Shown here: positions 43,079 to 52,756 of the stretch, in pieces | Numbering within the stretch: position 1 is the first letter of the stretch | Layout: every line of letters begins with the position of its first letter | Source: an uncultured Pseudomonadota bacterium | GTDB taxonomy: Bacteria > Myxococcota_A > Polyangia > Fen-1088 | Assembly: GCA_963847705.1 (NCBI GenBank) | Contig: CAWKBC010000027.1 | Coordinates: 32,001 to 96,000 of the forward strand | Length of the DNA: 64,000 nt | Direction of reading: 5' to 3' | Program-made: the position numbers and the translations under genes | Notes under the pieces: generated by a model | The model's input: only the letters and a program-made list of their open reading frames with translations | Database searches by the model: none | Told to the model about the DNA's origin: nothing

Positions 43079-44116
43079 ATGAGCGTGCGCAAGAGCTGGG
43101 CGCAGGAAATGGAGTCCGTTTACTTATATGAGGCTTTGGCTGATTCGGATTCCTCTCCCGAAAGACGGGCTCTTTTCGCGCAGTTAGCCGGCGAGGCCAA
43201 ACTGCAGGCGGCCATCTGGGCGGCCGAAGTCCAGAAAATCGCAGGGGAAACACCTGAGGGATTCCGCCCTTCGGCGCGCGCCCGATTCGTGGCGGCGCTG
43301 GTCCGCTGGCTCGGTCCGGAGCGGCTCCGGAGCGTGCTCGCCGGCATGAAGGTCCGTGGGATGTCGGTCTACCGGGCCCTGCCGGGCCCGACCGGGCACG
43401 CCATGCCCCATTCGGTCGAGGAGGTCGGCCGGAGTCACCGAGAGCACGGCGGCGGCGACAACCTCCGGCCGGCGGTCTTCGGGGCCAGCGACGGTCTGGT
43501 CTCGAACCTCTGCCTCATCCTTGGTGTCGCCGGCGCCAGCGCCAACAGCCACACCGTGCTGATCACCGGCGTGGCGGGCCTCCTGGCCGGGGCCTTCTCG
43601 ATGGCGGCCGGCGAGTACGTCTCGGTGCGCTCGCAACGCGAGATGTTCGAGCACCAGATTGGCGCCGAGCGGGACGAGCTGCGGCAATATCCTGAACAGG
43701 AGGCGGCGGAGCTGTCGCTCATCTACCAGGCGCGTGGGCTGGCCAAGCCGGACGCCGATCGCGCGGCCACCCACCTCATCGCCGATCCCGACCGGGCGCT
43801 CGACACGCTGGCGCGCGAGGAGCTGGGGCTCGATCCGGGCGGGCTGGGCTCGCCCGTCGGCGCGGCCCTGTCGTCGTTCGCCTCGTTCGCGGTCGGGGCC
43901 GCGGTGCCGCTCGGGCCCTTCGTGCTCGCGGCGGGGCGCGGGGCGCTGGGCGCGTCGGTGCTCCTGACGGGGGTCGCGCTGTTCGGGATCGGCTGCGCGA
44001 TCAGCCTCTTCACCGGCCGCGGCGCCCTGCGCAGCGGCGCCCGCATGCTGCTCATCGGCGGCGCGGCGGGGGGCGTGACCTACGCGATCGGCCGGTTGGT
44101 GGGCGGGTCCGTCTGA
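43079..44116 (+). CDS. VIT1/CCC1 family iron/manganese transporter with ferritin-like N-terminus
   Basis: AVFGASDGLVSN, AFSMAAGEYVSV, REELG. Confidence 0.88.
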   Translation: MSVRKSWAQEMESVYLYEALADSDSSPERRALFAQLAGEAKLQAAIWAAEVQKIAGETPEGFRPSARARFVAALVRWLGPERLRSVLAGMKVRGMSVYRALPGPTGHAMPHSVEEVGRSHREHGGGDNLRPAVFGASDGLVSNLCLILGVAGASANSHTVLITGVAGLLAGAFSMAAGEYVSVRSQREMFEHQIGAERDELRQYPEQEAAELSLIYQARGLAKPDADRAATHLIADPDRALDTLAREELGLDPGGLGSPVGAALSSFASFAVGAAVPLGPFVLAAGRGALGASVLLTGVALFGIGCAISLFTGRGALRSGARMLLIGGAAGGVTYAIGRLVGGSV

Positions 44117-44176
44117 ACAGGCGATCGGTTGGTCCTGGGCTTGGCGGCGGTGCGGGGCGCTGCTAGACCAGGGCGC

Positions 44177-44635
44177 ATGTCCCAACACAAAGCGATCGTG
44201 AACTGGAAGTCGGACAACGAGAACTTCGCGCAGGGGAAGTTCACCCGCATCCACAGCTGGAGCTTCGACGGCGGGGCGGTGGTCGCCGCGTCGGCCTCGC
44301 CGTCGGTCGTGCCGGCGCCCTACTCGAGCCCCGCGGCCGTCGATCCGGAAGAGGCCTTCGTCGCCTCGGTGTCGAGCTGCCACATGCTCACCTTCCTGCA
44401 CGAGGCGCGCAAGGCCGGCTTCCGCGTCGACGCCTACGACGACGACGCGGTCGGCGAGATGACCAAGAACGAGCGCGGCGTCCCCTGGATCAGCAAGATC
44501 ACCCTCCACCCGCGCATCGTCTACAGCGGCGACAAGCGCCCCACGCCGGCCGACGAGGAGGTGCTTCATCACAAGGCGCACGACGGCTGCTTCATCGCGC
44601 AGTCGGTGAAGACCGAGATCGTCGTCGGCGAATAG
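44177..44635 (+). CDS. OsmC/Ohr family protein
   Basis: DPEEAFVASVSSCHMLTFL and AHDGCFIAQSV. Confidence 0.9.
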   Translation: MSQHKAIVNWKSDNENFAQGKFTRIHSWSFDGGAVVAASASPSVVPAPYSSPAAVDPEEAFVASVSSCHMLTFLHEARKAGFRVDAYDDDAVGEMTKNERGVPWISKITLHPRIVYSGDKRPTPADEEVLHHKAHDGCFIAQSVKTEIVVGE

Positions 44636-44682
44636 CGCGCCCGGCGCTCTGGCAAGACGCGCCCGCGCTTTCGAAAAACGGG

Positions 44683-45510
44683 TCAGCGCTTTCGAAAGAT
44701 CACCTGCGCCATTTTCCAGCGCACGGGCGCGGCTTGCCGCGCGCCGGACGCCAGCGCGTCGAGCGCGTCACCCAGGCGATCGAGCTCGCCCGCCTCGACG
44801 TTGGCGGCGATGAACGGATCTCGCCTCCAGGTCCGGAAGTTGAGCGCGTGCAGCCGCGTCGCGACGGCGGCCGGCAGCACCACGGGCACGGTGTCGGCCC
44901 GCTCCACCGCGAAGGTCTCGGCCGGCGCCAGCGCCGGGAGATCGCGGCCGACGTAGGTGCGCTGGCCGCGCGCCGCCTGCATCGCCTCGACCAGCTCGTA
45001 GTAGCGGATGAGCGTCGCATCGTCCGACGTCATCGCCTCGACCTCTTCCAGCGCCAGCCGCCCCCGGGGCCTGAGCGCGTCAGCCCAACGCCCGAGCGCC
45101 GCGGCGGCGTCGGCCAGGTGGGTCACGATGAAACGGCCGTAGAGCAGGTCGGCGGGCGGCGCCGGGAACGGGATCCGCGCGATGTCGTGCTCTCCGAACG
45201 CCACCCCGCGTGCGCCCTGCCGCCAGGCGCGGGCCAAGAACCGCGGCGAGCTGTCGAGCCCGATCGTCGCCCCGGCGCCGGTCGCCGCGTGCACGAGCGC
45301 CGTCGTGTAGCCGGGCCCGCAGCCGAGATCGATCGCCAGCCGCACCGGCTCGCGACCCAGCCGCGACGCGAACGCGCGGGAGCTCGGTGCGAAGGCCTCC
45401 GCGAGCAAGCGCAGCCGCTCGGCCGCGACGTCGTTGTCGCCGAAGGTGTAACTCAGGGCCTCGGAAGGTCGGACGGTTTCCAGTTGGGACATGGCGTTCC
45501 GGCTCGCCAC
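44683..45510 (-). CDS. Class I SAM-dependent methyltransferase
   Basis: DLGCGPG, GLDSS, LRPRGRL; GTG at 45510 has a GAGGGG Shine-Dalgarno (alternative ATG at 45492). Confidence 0.85.
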   Translation of the reverse strand: MASRNAMSQLETVRPSEALSYTFGDNDVAAERLRLLAEAFAPSSRAFASRLGREPVRLAIDLGCGPGYTTALVHAATGAGATIGLDSSPRFLARAWRQGARGVAFGEHDIARIPFPAPPADLLYGRFIVTHLADAAAALGRWADALRPRGRLALEEVEAMTSDDATLIRYYELVEAMQAARGQRTYVGRDLPALAPAETFAVERADTVPVVLPAAVATRLHALNFRTWRRDPFIAANVEAGELDRLGDALDALASGARQAAPVRWKMAQVIFRKR

Positions 45511-45534
45511 GGTGTCCCCTCGAACGCGATCCCC

Positions 45535-45570
45535 AAAACGCGAAGAGGCGACCACCGCGGGTCGCCTCTC
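45535..45570 (-). terminator. Attenuator/terminator hairpin in the methyltransferase leader
   Basis: AGAGGCGACC-CGCGGT-GGTCGCCTCT then TCGCGTTTT on the minus strand; also T-rich on the + side. Confidence 0.65.
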
Positions 45571-45594
45571 CTTTGTTTGTCTAATTGTTGGTGT

Positions 45595-45717
45595 CTAGAC
45601 TCGGGGCGCCCGGTGTTCGTTCGCGCGCCACCACCAGCGGGCAGCGCGCCCCTCATACGAATATGAGGGCGCATATGAAGGCGAAAACGAAAACGAACGA
45701 ACCGCGGCGGGCGTCAT
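45595..45717 (-). CDS. Putative Trp-rich leader peptide (40 aa)
   Basis: MTPAAVRSFSFSPSYAPSYSYEGRAARWWWRANEHRAPRV*, located between a promoter and a terminator hairpin. Confidence 0.6.
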   Translation of the reverse strand: MTPAAVRSFSFSPSYAPSYSYEGRAARWWWRANEHRAPRV

Positions 45718-45730
45718 CGGACCTTGATCC

Positions 45731-45759
45731 ATTCTGCCCACGCGCGGCCGAGCCGTCAA
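45731..45759 (-). promoter_or_regulatory. Putative sigma70 promoter of the leader/methyltransferase unit
   Basis: TTGACG-N17-CAGAAT on the minus strand. Confidence 0.65.
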
Positions 45760-45769
45760 CGGTCCCCCC

Positions 45770-45807
45770 CGTTCGTTTGGGGACGCACAAACGTCCCCGG
45801 ACGAACG
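45770..45807. terminator. Hairpin just after the stop of the YXWGXW gene
   Basis: CGTTCGTTTGGGGACG / CGTCCCCGGACGAACG inverted repeat; no U-tract. Confidence 0.45.
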
Positions 45808-45817
45808 CGCCGCGACG

Positions 45818-46828
45818 CTACTTCTTCTTGCGGGCGCCGCCACCACCCGGGGCGGGCGCGGCGTGCGAGGGGGGCGGCGCCGCGTGCATCGCGGGCGGAG
45901 GCCCCCCGCGCGGGGCCGGGCCCGGCGCCGGGGCCGGGTGCATGCCGCCGCCGGCGGGGCCGCCCATGTGCTCGGGGCCGCCAGCCGGGTGCATGCCGCC
46001 ACCGGCGGGGCCGCCCATGTGCTCGGGGCCGCCAGCCGGGTGCATGCCGCCACCGGCGGGGCCGCCCATGTGCTCGGGGCCGCCAGCCGGGTGCATGCCG
46101 CCACCGGCGGGGCCGCCGTGCTCGGCTTCCCGGTGCTCCATCTCGCGGTGCTCGGCTTCCCGATGCTCCACCTCGCGGTGGTCGGCCTCGCGGCGGTAGG
46201 CCGGCGCCTCACCGCGGAAGCCTCCGGGAGGCGCTCCGGGCGCGCGGCGCCAGGCAGTCGAGTGCTCCGGCGATCCGCGCCAGACGCGCGGCTCATACTG
46301 AGGACGCGCGCGCCAGGCTGCCGGTCCGCGGCCGCCCATGTAGCCGTACTCGCGGTAACCGCCGGGACCCTGCCAGTAGCCGCGGTAATAGACCATGCGG
46401 TCGCCTTCCCAGACGAAGCGCGGACCGAAGTAGAGGTATCCGGCGCGCTGGGGAGCCCAGTAGCCGCTCTGCCAGTCCCAGTCGTAACCGGTCCAGTCCC
46501 AGTAGCCGGCGACCCAGTAGTAGCCGTAGCCAGGAGCCGGCGGCTGGTACTCGGGGATCGGATTGGGAATCGGGGAGGTCGGATAGATGGTCGGATCCAT
46601 CGCGACGACGGGCTGCGGGGGAGGGGGCGGCGGCGCCTGCTCGACGTACGCCGGCTGGGGCGGCGGCGCTGGCGGCTGCTCGACGTAGACCGGTTGCGGC
46701 TGCGGTGCCACGTAGACGGGAGCGGGTGGCCCCACGTAAAGAGCCGGCGGTCGCATGTAGCATCCCGCCACGAAGGCCGACACCGACACCAACACGGACG
46801 AGCCTACCAACCAGGGGCGCAGGTTCAT
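45818..46828 (-). CDS. YXWGXW-repeat lipoprotein
   Basis: Lipobox VAGC; Pro-rich; YYWVAGYWDW...WQSGYW; low-complexity tail. Confidence 0.8.
   Translation of the reverse strand: MNLRPWLVGSSVLVSVSAFVAGCYMRPPALYVGPPAPVYVAPQPQPVYVEQPPAPPPQPAYVEQAPPPPPPQPVVAMDPTIYPTSPIPNPIPEYQPPAPGYGYYWVAGYWDWTGYDWDWQSGYWAPQRAGYLYFGPRFVWEGDRMVYYRGYWQGPGGYREYGYMGGRGPAAWRARPQYEPRVWRGSPEHSTAWRRAPGAPPGGFRGEAPAYRREADHREVEHREAEHREMEHREAEHGGPAGGGMHPAGGPEHMGGPAGGGMHPAGGPEHMGGPAGGGMHPAGGPEHMGGPAGGGMHPAPAPGPAPRGGPPPAMHAAPPPSHAAPAPGGGGARKKK
45933..46117 (-). repeat. 51-bp near-perfect coding tandem repeat (~3.6 copies)
   Basis: Units begin at 45933, 45984, 46035 and 46086; encodes GGPAGGGMHPAGGPEHM. Confidence 0.9.
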
Positions 46829-46982
46829 GGGGCACTCTCCCTCGATTTTTCGAGTCGTGGCACGGTAGCACGCCCCCAAGCGCACCATCCATGAAAAAGG
46901 AAATGGTGAAAGTGGCCGCCGGCATGAGCTGGCGTGGGCTTCGCTCGAGGTGTGAGACGCGGCCCGAGGGCCCCGCCGCCCG

Positions 46983-48917
46983 CTACGTTCGCTCGGTCTC
47001 CTGCCGTCGGCGCCGCCTGAAAAGCAGGGCCGAAAACAGACCCAGCATGACGAGGGCCGATCCCCGCCGGTCACTTCCGGAGGGGGCGCCGAGCGTGCAC
47101 GAGCAGCCCGAAGAGCTCTCGGCGGCCGAGCCACCGGTCGCGGTCGCGCCGCCGGTCCCGAGCGGTCCCGTTCCCCCGGTGCCTGTGGCCATGGCTCCGC
47201 CGGTGCCTGTCGTCGGGCCGACCCCGGCGTCGAAAGCCGTCCTGCCGCCGGTGCCCGTCGTCGTGGTTCCTCCTGTGCCCGCATCGCCGCCCGTTCCAGC
47301 GCGACCTGCCGAACCTCCCGATGCCCCCGATGTTCCCGAGCCTCCCGTCCCTCGCGAGCCCGCCGTTCCACCAGCGCCCCCGCCGCTCCCCGTGGTGGAC
47401 GCGCCTCCGGTTCCTGGGCTCCCGCCGGTGCCGCTCGCTCCGCCGGTCCCGGGGGCCGCGGTCGCGCCGTACTCGTACGCGCCGAGGTCGGGGGCGGCGC
47501 CCACGAACGGAAGGCCCACGTCGGTCCCCTTGTCGATCATCTGGCTGCCCGCGGCCAGCTTCAAGAAGTCGACGGCCGGCATGCTGCCGTCGGCCGCGCG
47601 AGGTCCGAGCGCGCCGGAGGACTCGACGCTCACGCCTGTCATCGAGACGCTGGGGTCGGTGATGCTGGCGAAGTCCTTGGCGGCCGGCGTGAGGTCGAGA
47701 TCCCAGGTGTTGAACATGGTGTCGACGCCGGTCATGTTGGTGTTCTTGTTGGGGTAGCCGATGTTGTTCCGCATGATGTGGACCAACGAGCCCGTCAACG
47801 TGATGGTCGTGTCCGGCATGCCGGCGGGGCTGGCCAGCATGTTGTATTGCGTGCCGTTCATGAACGACGTGTTGTTGTACCAGGTGTTCCCGCCGGTCGA
47901 ATGGTTGGCGTAAAAACCCGACGCCTTGTTCTTCCAGGCGACGTTGTTCTGCACCAGGTGCCGCACGCCGGTCTGGCTGCTCCCCATCTTGAAGCCGTTC
48001 CCGTTTCCGTCGGCCGGGTTGAAGGTGCCGTACATGGCGTAGCCGTTGCCCATCGCCCACGAATTCTCGACGGTGACGGGGACCTCCTGGTTGATGAGAT
48101 CGTAGCCGTCGTCGGAGTTCCACCAGGAGCGGCAGCCGCGGATGATGGTGGTGGCGCCGGTCGTCTGGTAGTGGACGCCGAAGCCGTCGGCGTTCTGTCC
48201 CTGTCCCTGCGATGAGGTCGCGTCGTAGTTGTCGTGCGCGTCGCAATTGAGGATCTGGTGGCCGCCGGCCGTCTTGCTGCCGATGAAGATCCCGTTGCCG
48301 CTGTTGTGGTGCATGTTCAGCAGCTCGAAGATGTCGTAGCCGCCCCCGGTCACCGCCACGCCGTTGTTGGAGAAGGTGTTCATCGGGACGTAGCGGATCT
48401 CCAGCCCCTTGAAGTGCAGGTAGCTCGCGTTGATGACGAACCCGTGCGTGTAGCCGGTGGTCGAGATGACCATGTTCGTGAAGTCGAAGACCGGCACCTC
48501 GGCCTGGTAGGCGAAGAAATTGATCGGGTTGGTCGCCGTCCCGCTCTTGGTGAAGTTGATGCCGGCGCCCGTGGTGGCGGGTGTGGTGATGCTGTAGGTC
48601 CCGCCCCGGATGTAGACCGTGTCACCGGCGACCGCCGTGTTGACCCCCTTTTGCAGGGTGGCGAAGGGCGAAGCCAGGGTGCCCGCATTCGAATCGCTGC
48701 CGGTGGTGGCCACGTAGTAGTCGGTGGCCTGGGCGCTCCGCGCCGCGAGCAGCGCGGCCAGCACGCTCAACCCGGCCAGAAGTCCCGAGCGCCGATCAAA
48801 GACCCGACCCGAGAACCCACCCAAGGAGCCAACCAAGAAGCCAACCAAGGAACCACCCAAGAAGCCAACCAAGGAACCACCCAAGAACTCAACCAAGACC
48901 CGATCTGAAGATCCCAT
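46983..48917 (-). CDS. Secreted right-handed beta-helix polysaccharide lyase (PL9/PelL-like) with MYXO-CTERM-like anchor
   Basis: YYVATTGSDSNAGT..PF, NADGF, WNSDDGYD, GNGNGFKMG, APDLGAYE; GCSC + TM + RRRR tail. Start uncertain. Confidence 0.8.
   Translation of the reverse strand: MGSSDRVLVEFLGGSLVGFLGGSLVGFLVGSLGGFSGRVFDRRSGLLAGLSVLAALLAARSAQATDYYVATTGSDSNAGTLASPFATLQKGVNTAVAGDTVYIRGGTYSITTPATTGAGINFTKSGTATNPINFFAYQAEVPVFDFTNMVISTTGYTHGFVINASYLHFKGLEIRYVPMNTFSNNGVAVTGGGYDIFELLNMHHNSGNGIFIGSKTAGGHQILNCDAHDNYDATSSQGQGQNADGFGVHYQTTGATTIIRGCRSWWNSDDGYDLINQEVPVTVENSWAMGNGYAMYGTFNPADGNGNGFKMGSSQTGVRHLVQNNVAWKNKASGFYANHSTGGNTWYNNTSFMNGTQYNMLASPAGMPDTTITLTGSLVHIMRNNIGYPNKNTNMTGVDTMFNTWDLDLTPAAKDFASITDPSVSMTGVSVESSGALGPRAADGSMPAVDFLKLAAGSQMIDKGTDVGLPFVGAAPDLGAYEYGATAAPGTGGASGTGGSPGTGGASTTGSGGGAGGTAGSRGTGGSGTSGASGGSAGRAGTGGDAGTGGTTTTGTGGRTAFDAGVGPTTGTGGAMATGTGGTGPLGTGGATATGGSAAESSSGCSCTLGAPSGSDRRGSALVMLGLFSALLFRRRRRQETERT
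48814..48900. repeat. 12/24-nt purine/C-skewed tandem repeat
   Basis: CCAACCAAGAAG / CCACCCAAGGAA-like units, about 7 copies; reads VGFLGGSL on the minus strand. Confidence 0.8.
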
Positions 48918-48995
48918 TCCTACAACAGGGTCGCCAAGATCCCGATTGGTGCAGGGCGGGGGGCGCAGCCCGACGAGCTCGCTGGCGAAGGGGAC

Positions 48996-49907
48996 CTAAA
49001 ACGTTGAAATCGTTCTGCGCAGGCCGATCTGCCTCTTCAATCGCTCGGTGAGGGGAACGTTCAGGACGTTCACCGTCTTCGTGACGTGGGTGGTCGAGAG
49101 CGCCACGAGATTCCCCTTCGGGAGCACCGCGATCCCGCAGCCGGCGAAGGGGACGTCATCGCCCTCCTCGACGAGGATCCGGAAGTCGAGCTTGGTGGTC
49201 GACGTGCGGCAGGCGATCGCGCCGGTCACCAACGCGGCATCGATGGCGAACGAATTCTCCGGCGGGCCGAAGAGAAGGGGCTGATCGAACGTCACCGCCA
49301 CCGATCCGAAGGTGTCGACGTGTCCGTCGGTGAACTGGCTGAGGCGGGGCTGGAACTCCTCACCGTCGATGATGCGGTTGATCGCGCTGGCGACCACATG
49401 CGCGGCCCAGTCGGTGACGGTTCGAAGCGAGGCGTTCTCGGAGCCGTCATGAAGCCTCACCGGAAGGTTGCCGTCGAGGTAGTTGCACTCACGGCGGTCG
49501 ACGCGTCGGAAGGTGACCTTGGGCTGCCCCACCGATTCGAACCAGCGAACTTGATCGATCCCGTGCGACGGGTCGGCGAGCGGTTCGAACGACCAGGGGA
49601 CCACGGCATGGTGGCGCGCGCTTCGGATCGCCGGCTTGGTGTATCCGCTCGCCGAGACGATCGCGTGCGAGGTCGGCCCCGGCCGGTCCTTGAACTTCGC
49701 GCAGAGCTGCTCCACGTCGGCCGCGTCGAGCGGCCGGGCGTGCTCCTCGGCCTCGATCCCGTGGAACGCCGTCACGTGGCCCTCCTTATCCCGCGTGGTG
49801 ATGGTGACGTCGACCGCGCTCTCTCCGGGAACGACTTCGACGTTTTCGGGTCCAGCGGGAACGGAGAGGAGACCGACCAGGTGGTGGACATCGACTGGTG
49901 TCAGCAT
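48996..49907 (-). CDS. Mrr-like restriction-endonuclease-fold protein, apparently degenerate
   Basis: VDV...GIEAEEH..PLD..DVEQL...IVSASGYTKPA matches the Mrr_cat pattern, with ExE in place of ExK. Confidence 0.55.
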   Translation of the reverse strand: MLTPVDVHHLVGLLSVPAGPENVEVVPGESAVDVTITTRDKEGHVTAFHGIEAEEHARPLDAADVEQLCAKFKDRPGPTSHAIVSASGYTKPAIRSARHHAVVPWSFEPLADPSHGIDQVRWFESVGQPKVTFRRVDRRECNYLDGNLPVRLHDGSENASLRTVTDWAAHVVASAINRIIDGEEFQPRLSQFTDGHVDTFGSVAVTFDQPLLFGPPENSFAIDAALVTGAIACRTSTTKLDFRILVEEGDDVPFAGCGIAVLPKGNLVALSTTHVTKTVNVLNVPLTERLKRQIGLRRTISTF

Positions 49908-49987
49908 ACGGAGCGTCAGAGTCCAGCCGGGCGCGCTTTCATCGAATCCCTTCTGGAAGCGGGGCCATCGACAACCTCAGCCGTTGG

Positions 49988-52491
49988 CTAGGGCACCGGA
50001 AGCGGCGTGACCTTCCAGATGTCGCGCGCGTACTCGTGAATGGTGCGGTCGCTGGAGAAGCGGCCGGAGGCGGCGACGTTCAGCAGCGCCTTCTGCGCCC
50101 AGGCGTCAGGCGTGGTGTAGAGCTCAGCCACGCGGTCCTGGCTCGCCGCGTACGACCGCAGATCGGCCAGGTGCATGTAGTAATCGCCCTCCAGGAGCCG
50201 GTGGCGGAGCGGCTCGAAGACCCCCGGCTCACCGGGGCTGAACGCGTCGGAGAACAGCTCGTCGATGGCCTGGCGGACCTCCGGCTGATTCCAGTAGTGC
50301 CACATCGGACGGTACCAGCCGCGACTGCCGGTCACCTGGGCCGCCGTCAGCCCGAACAGGAAGAAGTTCTCCTCGCCGGCCGCGCGCGCCATCTCCAGCG
50401 TGGCACCGTCACGGGTGCCCAGTGTGAGCGCGCCGTTCATCATGAACTTCATGTTGCTGGTGCCGCTGGCCTCGTAGCCGGCGGTGGAGATCTGCTCGGA
50501 GATGTCGGCCGCCGGGATCAGGCGCTCGGCCAGGCTGACGCTGTAGTCGGGCAGAAACACCACCTTGATCCGGTCGCGCACCACAGGATCGGCCGCCAGG
50601 CCGGCCGCCACATTGTTGATGAGCTTGATGGTCAGCTTGGCGATCTGATAGGCGGGCGCGGCCTTGCCGGCGAAGAAGAACGTTCGCCGCGGCATCGTCA
50701 GCCCCGGATTGGCGCGGAGGCGCTGGGAGAGCAGGACGATGTTCAGCACGTTCAGGAGCTGCCGCTTGTACTCGTGGAAGCGCTTGATGTGGCAGTCGAA
50801 CAGCGTGTCGGGATCGACGGAGAGGCCCGTCGTCTCGGCCAGCCAATCGGTGAAGCGACCCTTGGCGCGGCGCTTCGCCGCCTGGAACTTCGCGCGAAAG
50901 CCCTGGTCCTGGGCCAGCGGGGCCAGCTGCCGCAGCTGTTCCAGGTCGGTGATCCAGCGGTCGCCGATGGCCTCGGTGATGAGCGCCGCCAGCTCGGGGT
51001 TGGCCACCAGCAGCCAGCGCCGGGGGGTCACGCCGTTCGTCTTGTTGTTGAAGCGCTCCGGAAAGATCGCCGCAAAGTCGGGCATCAGCTGGGTGCGCAG
51101 CAGCTCCGAGTGCATCTCGGAGACGCCGTTGGTGCTGTGCGAGCCGAGGATGGCCAGGTGGGCCATCCGCACCGATCGTACCGGGTGCTCCTCGATCAGG
51201 CTCATGCGCTCCGAGCCGCGCGCCATCGTCCCGCGCGATTCGGCCGCGCACCTGGCTCAGGAACCGCGCGTTGATCTCGTAGATCAGCTGCAGGTGGCGG
51301 GGCAGCAACGTCTCGAACAGCTCCACGGGCCACTTCTCCAGGGCCTCCGGCAGCAAGCGTGTGGTTGGTGTAGGCGAGGGTGCGGACCGTGAGATCCCAG
51401 GCCATCTCCCAGGACAGCTTGGCCTGGTCCAGCAGGATGCGCATGAGCTCGGCGACGGCCAGCGCGGGGTGGGTGTCGTTCAGCTGGATGCAGACCTTGT
51501 CCGGCAGCGCCGGCCAGTCGTTGCCGCGCCGGCGGAAGCGCTCGATGATGTCCCCCAGCGAGCAGCAGACCAGGAAGTACTCCTGGATGAAGCGCAGCGA
51601 GCGCCCCTGCTGGCGCGAGTCGTCCGGGTAGAGGACGCGGGTGGTCGTCTCGGCGATCACGCGGTCGGAGACGGCGCCGAAGAAGTCACCGTCGCTGAAC
51701 TCGCTGAAGTTGAAACCGTCCATCGTGGAAGCGCCCCACAGCCGGAGCGTGTTGATGGTCTTGGCGCCGTAGCCGACGACGGGGCGGTCGAACGGCACGC
51801 CGACCAGCCGCATCGGCTGCCCGGGCCGGGCGACGATCTGCCCGTGCCGGAGCACGAACGAGGTCTCCAGTTCCACCGAGGTGCACTGGTGCGGGCGCGC
51901 CACCTCCCAGGGATCCGCGTGGCGCAGCCAGTTGTCCGGCCGCTCGCGCTGCCAGCCGTCCTCGATGACCTGCCGGAAGATCCCGTAGTCGTAGCGGAGA
52001 CCGTACGCCATGCAGGGGTACTCCAGCGTCGCCATCGATTCGATGAAACAGGCCGCCAGGCGGCCGAGCCCGCCGTTCCCCAGCCCGGCGTCCGGCTCCT
52101 GCTCGGCCAGCTTGCGCCAGTCCTGTTTGTCGGACTGCAGGTCCTCCTCGACGAAGCTCCGGACCCCCATGTTGACGACGTTGTTCGTCAACGCGCGGCC
52201 GATCAGATACTCCATCGAGATGTAGTAGATGTCCTTGCCGTTCGCGAGATCCTGCGTCTTCTTGGTCTGCACCCAGCGCTGCATCAAGAGATCGCGCAGC
52301 GAGCGGGCCAGCGCCTCGAAGCGCTGGCGCGGGTGGGCGCGCGAGGCGTCCACGGCGTTGTCGAACATCAGGTGACGATCGTAGAGGCCGGGATCGCGAA
52401 ATCGAAAAGGTCCAATCTCGAAGCGACGCAGCTCGGGCCGATCGTCGGGGGCTGCGCCGGGCTTGGCCGGCGGCGCTGGCTTGTTGGTCAT
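49988..52491 (-). CDS. glgP: Glycogen/alpha-glucan phosphorylase; two apparent +1 frameshifts
   Basis: [44 protein letters not shown]; frame breaks near 51355 and 51211. Confidence 0.92.
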
Positions 52492-52613
52492 GCGGTTCCC
52501 TTCTCCCGTTTTCGCGACGGCGGTGAGTGTAGCCCACGCGGCGCATCGGGGGCCCGTGGCCGTCGATTCGGGTGACGGGCCGAAGGCCAGCGGCTAGAGT
52601 AGCGGCGTCTCGA

Positions 52614-52655
52614 GCGAGGATGGCGAAACTGGTAGACGCGCCAGATTTAGGTTCT
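52614..52655 (+). tRNA. 5' fragment of tRNA-Leu(TAG), probable att scar
   Basis: GCGAGGA-TGGCGAAACTGGTAGACGC-G-CCAGA-TTTAGGT-TCT, then no variable arm, T-arm or 3' acceptor strand; -10-like TAGAGT at 52595. Confidence 0.8.
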
Positions 52656-52756
52656 CGATTCTCGTGACCTGAGGCGAAGGAAGTGCAGTAGTTAAGTTAG
52701 CTCCGAGCTTGTCCGCAGCTGTCCGCAGGAAAACCCGCGCCACCATCGGCACTTGC

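Noticed and set aside
45933-46117. CRISPR-like repeat
   Set aside because: Contiguous coding tandem repeat without unique spacers.
52614-52700. Complete tRNA-Leu gene
   Set aside because: No T-arm or acceptor 3' strand; only the 5' half is present.
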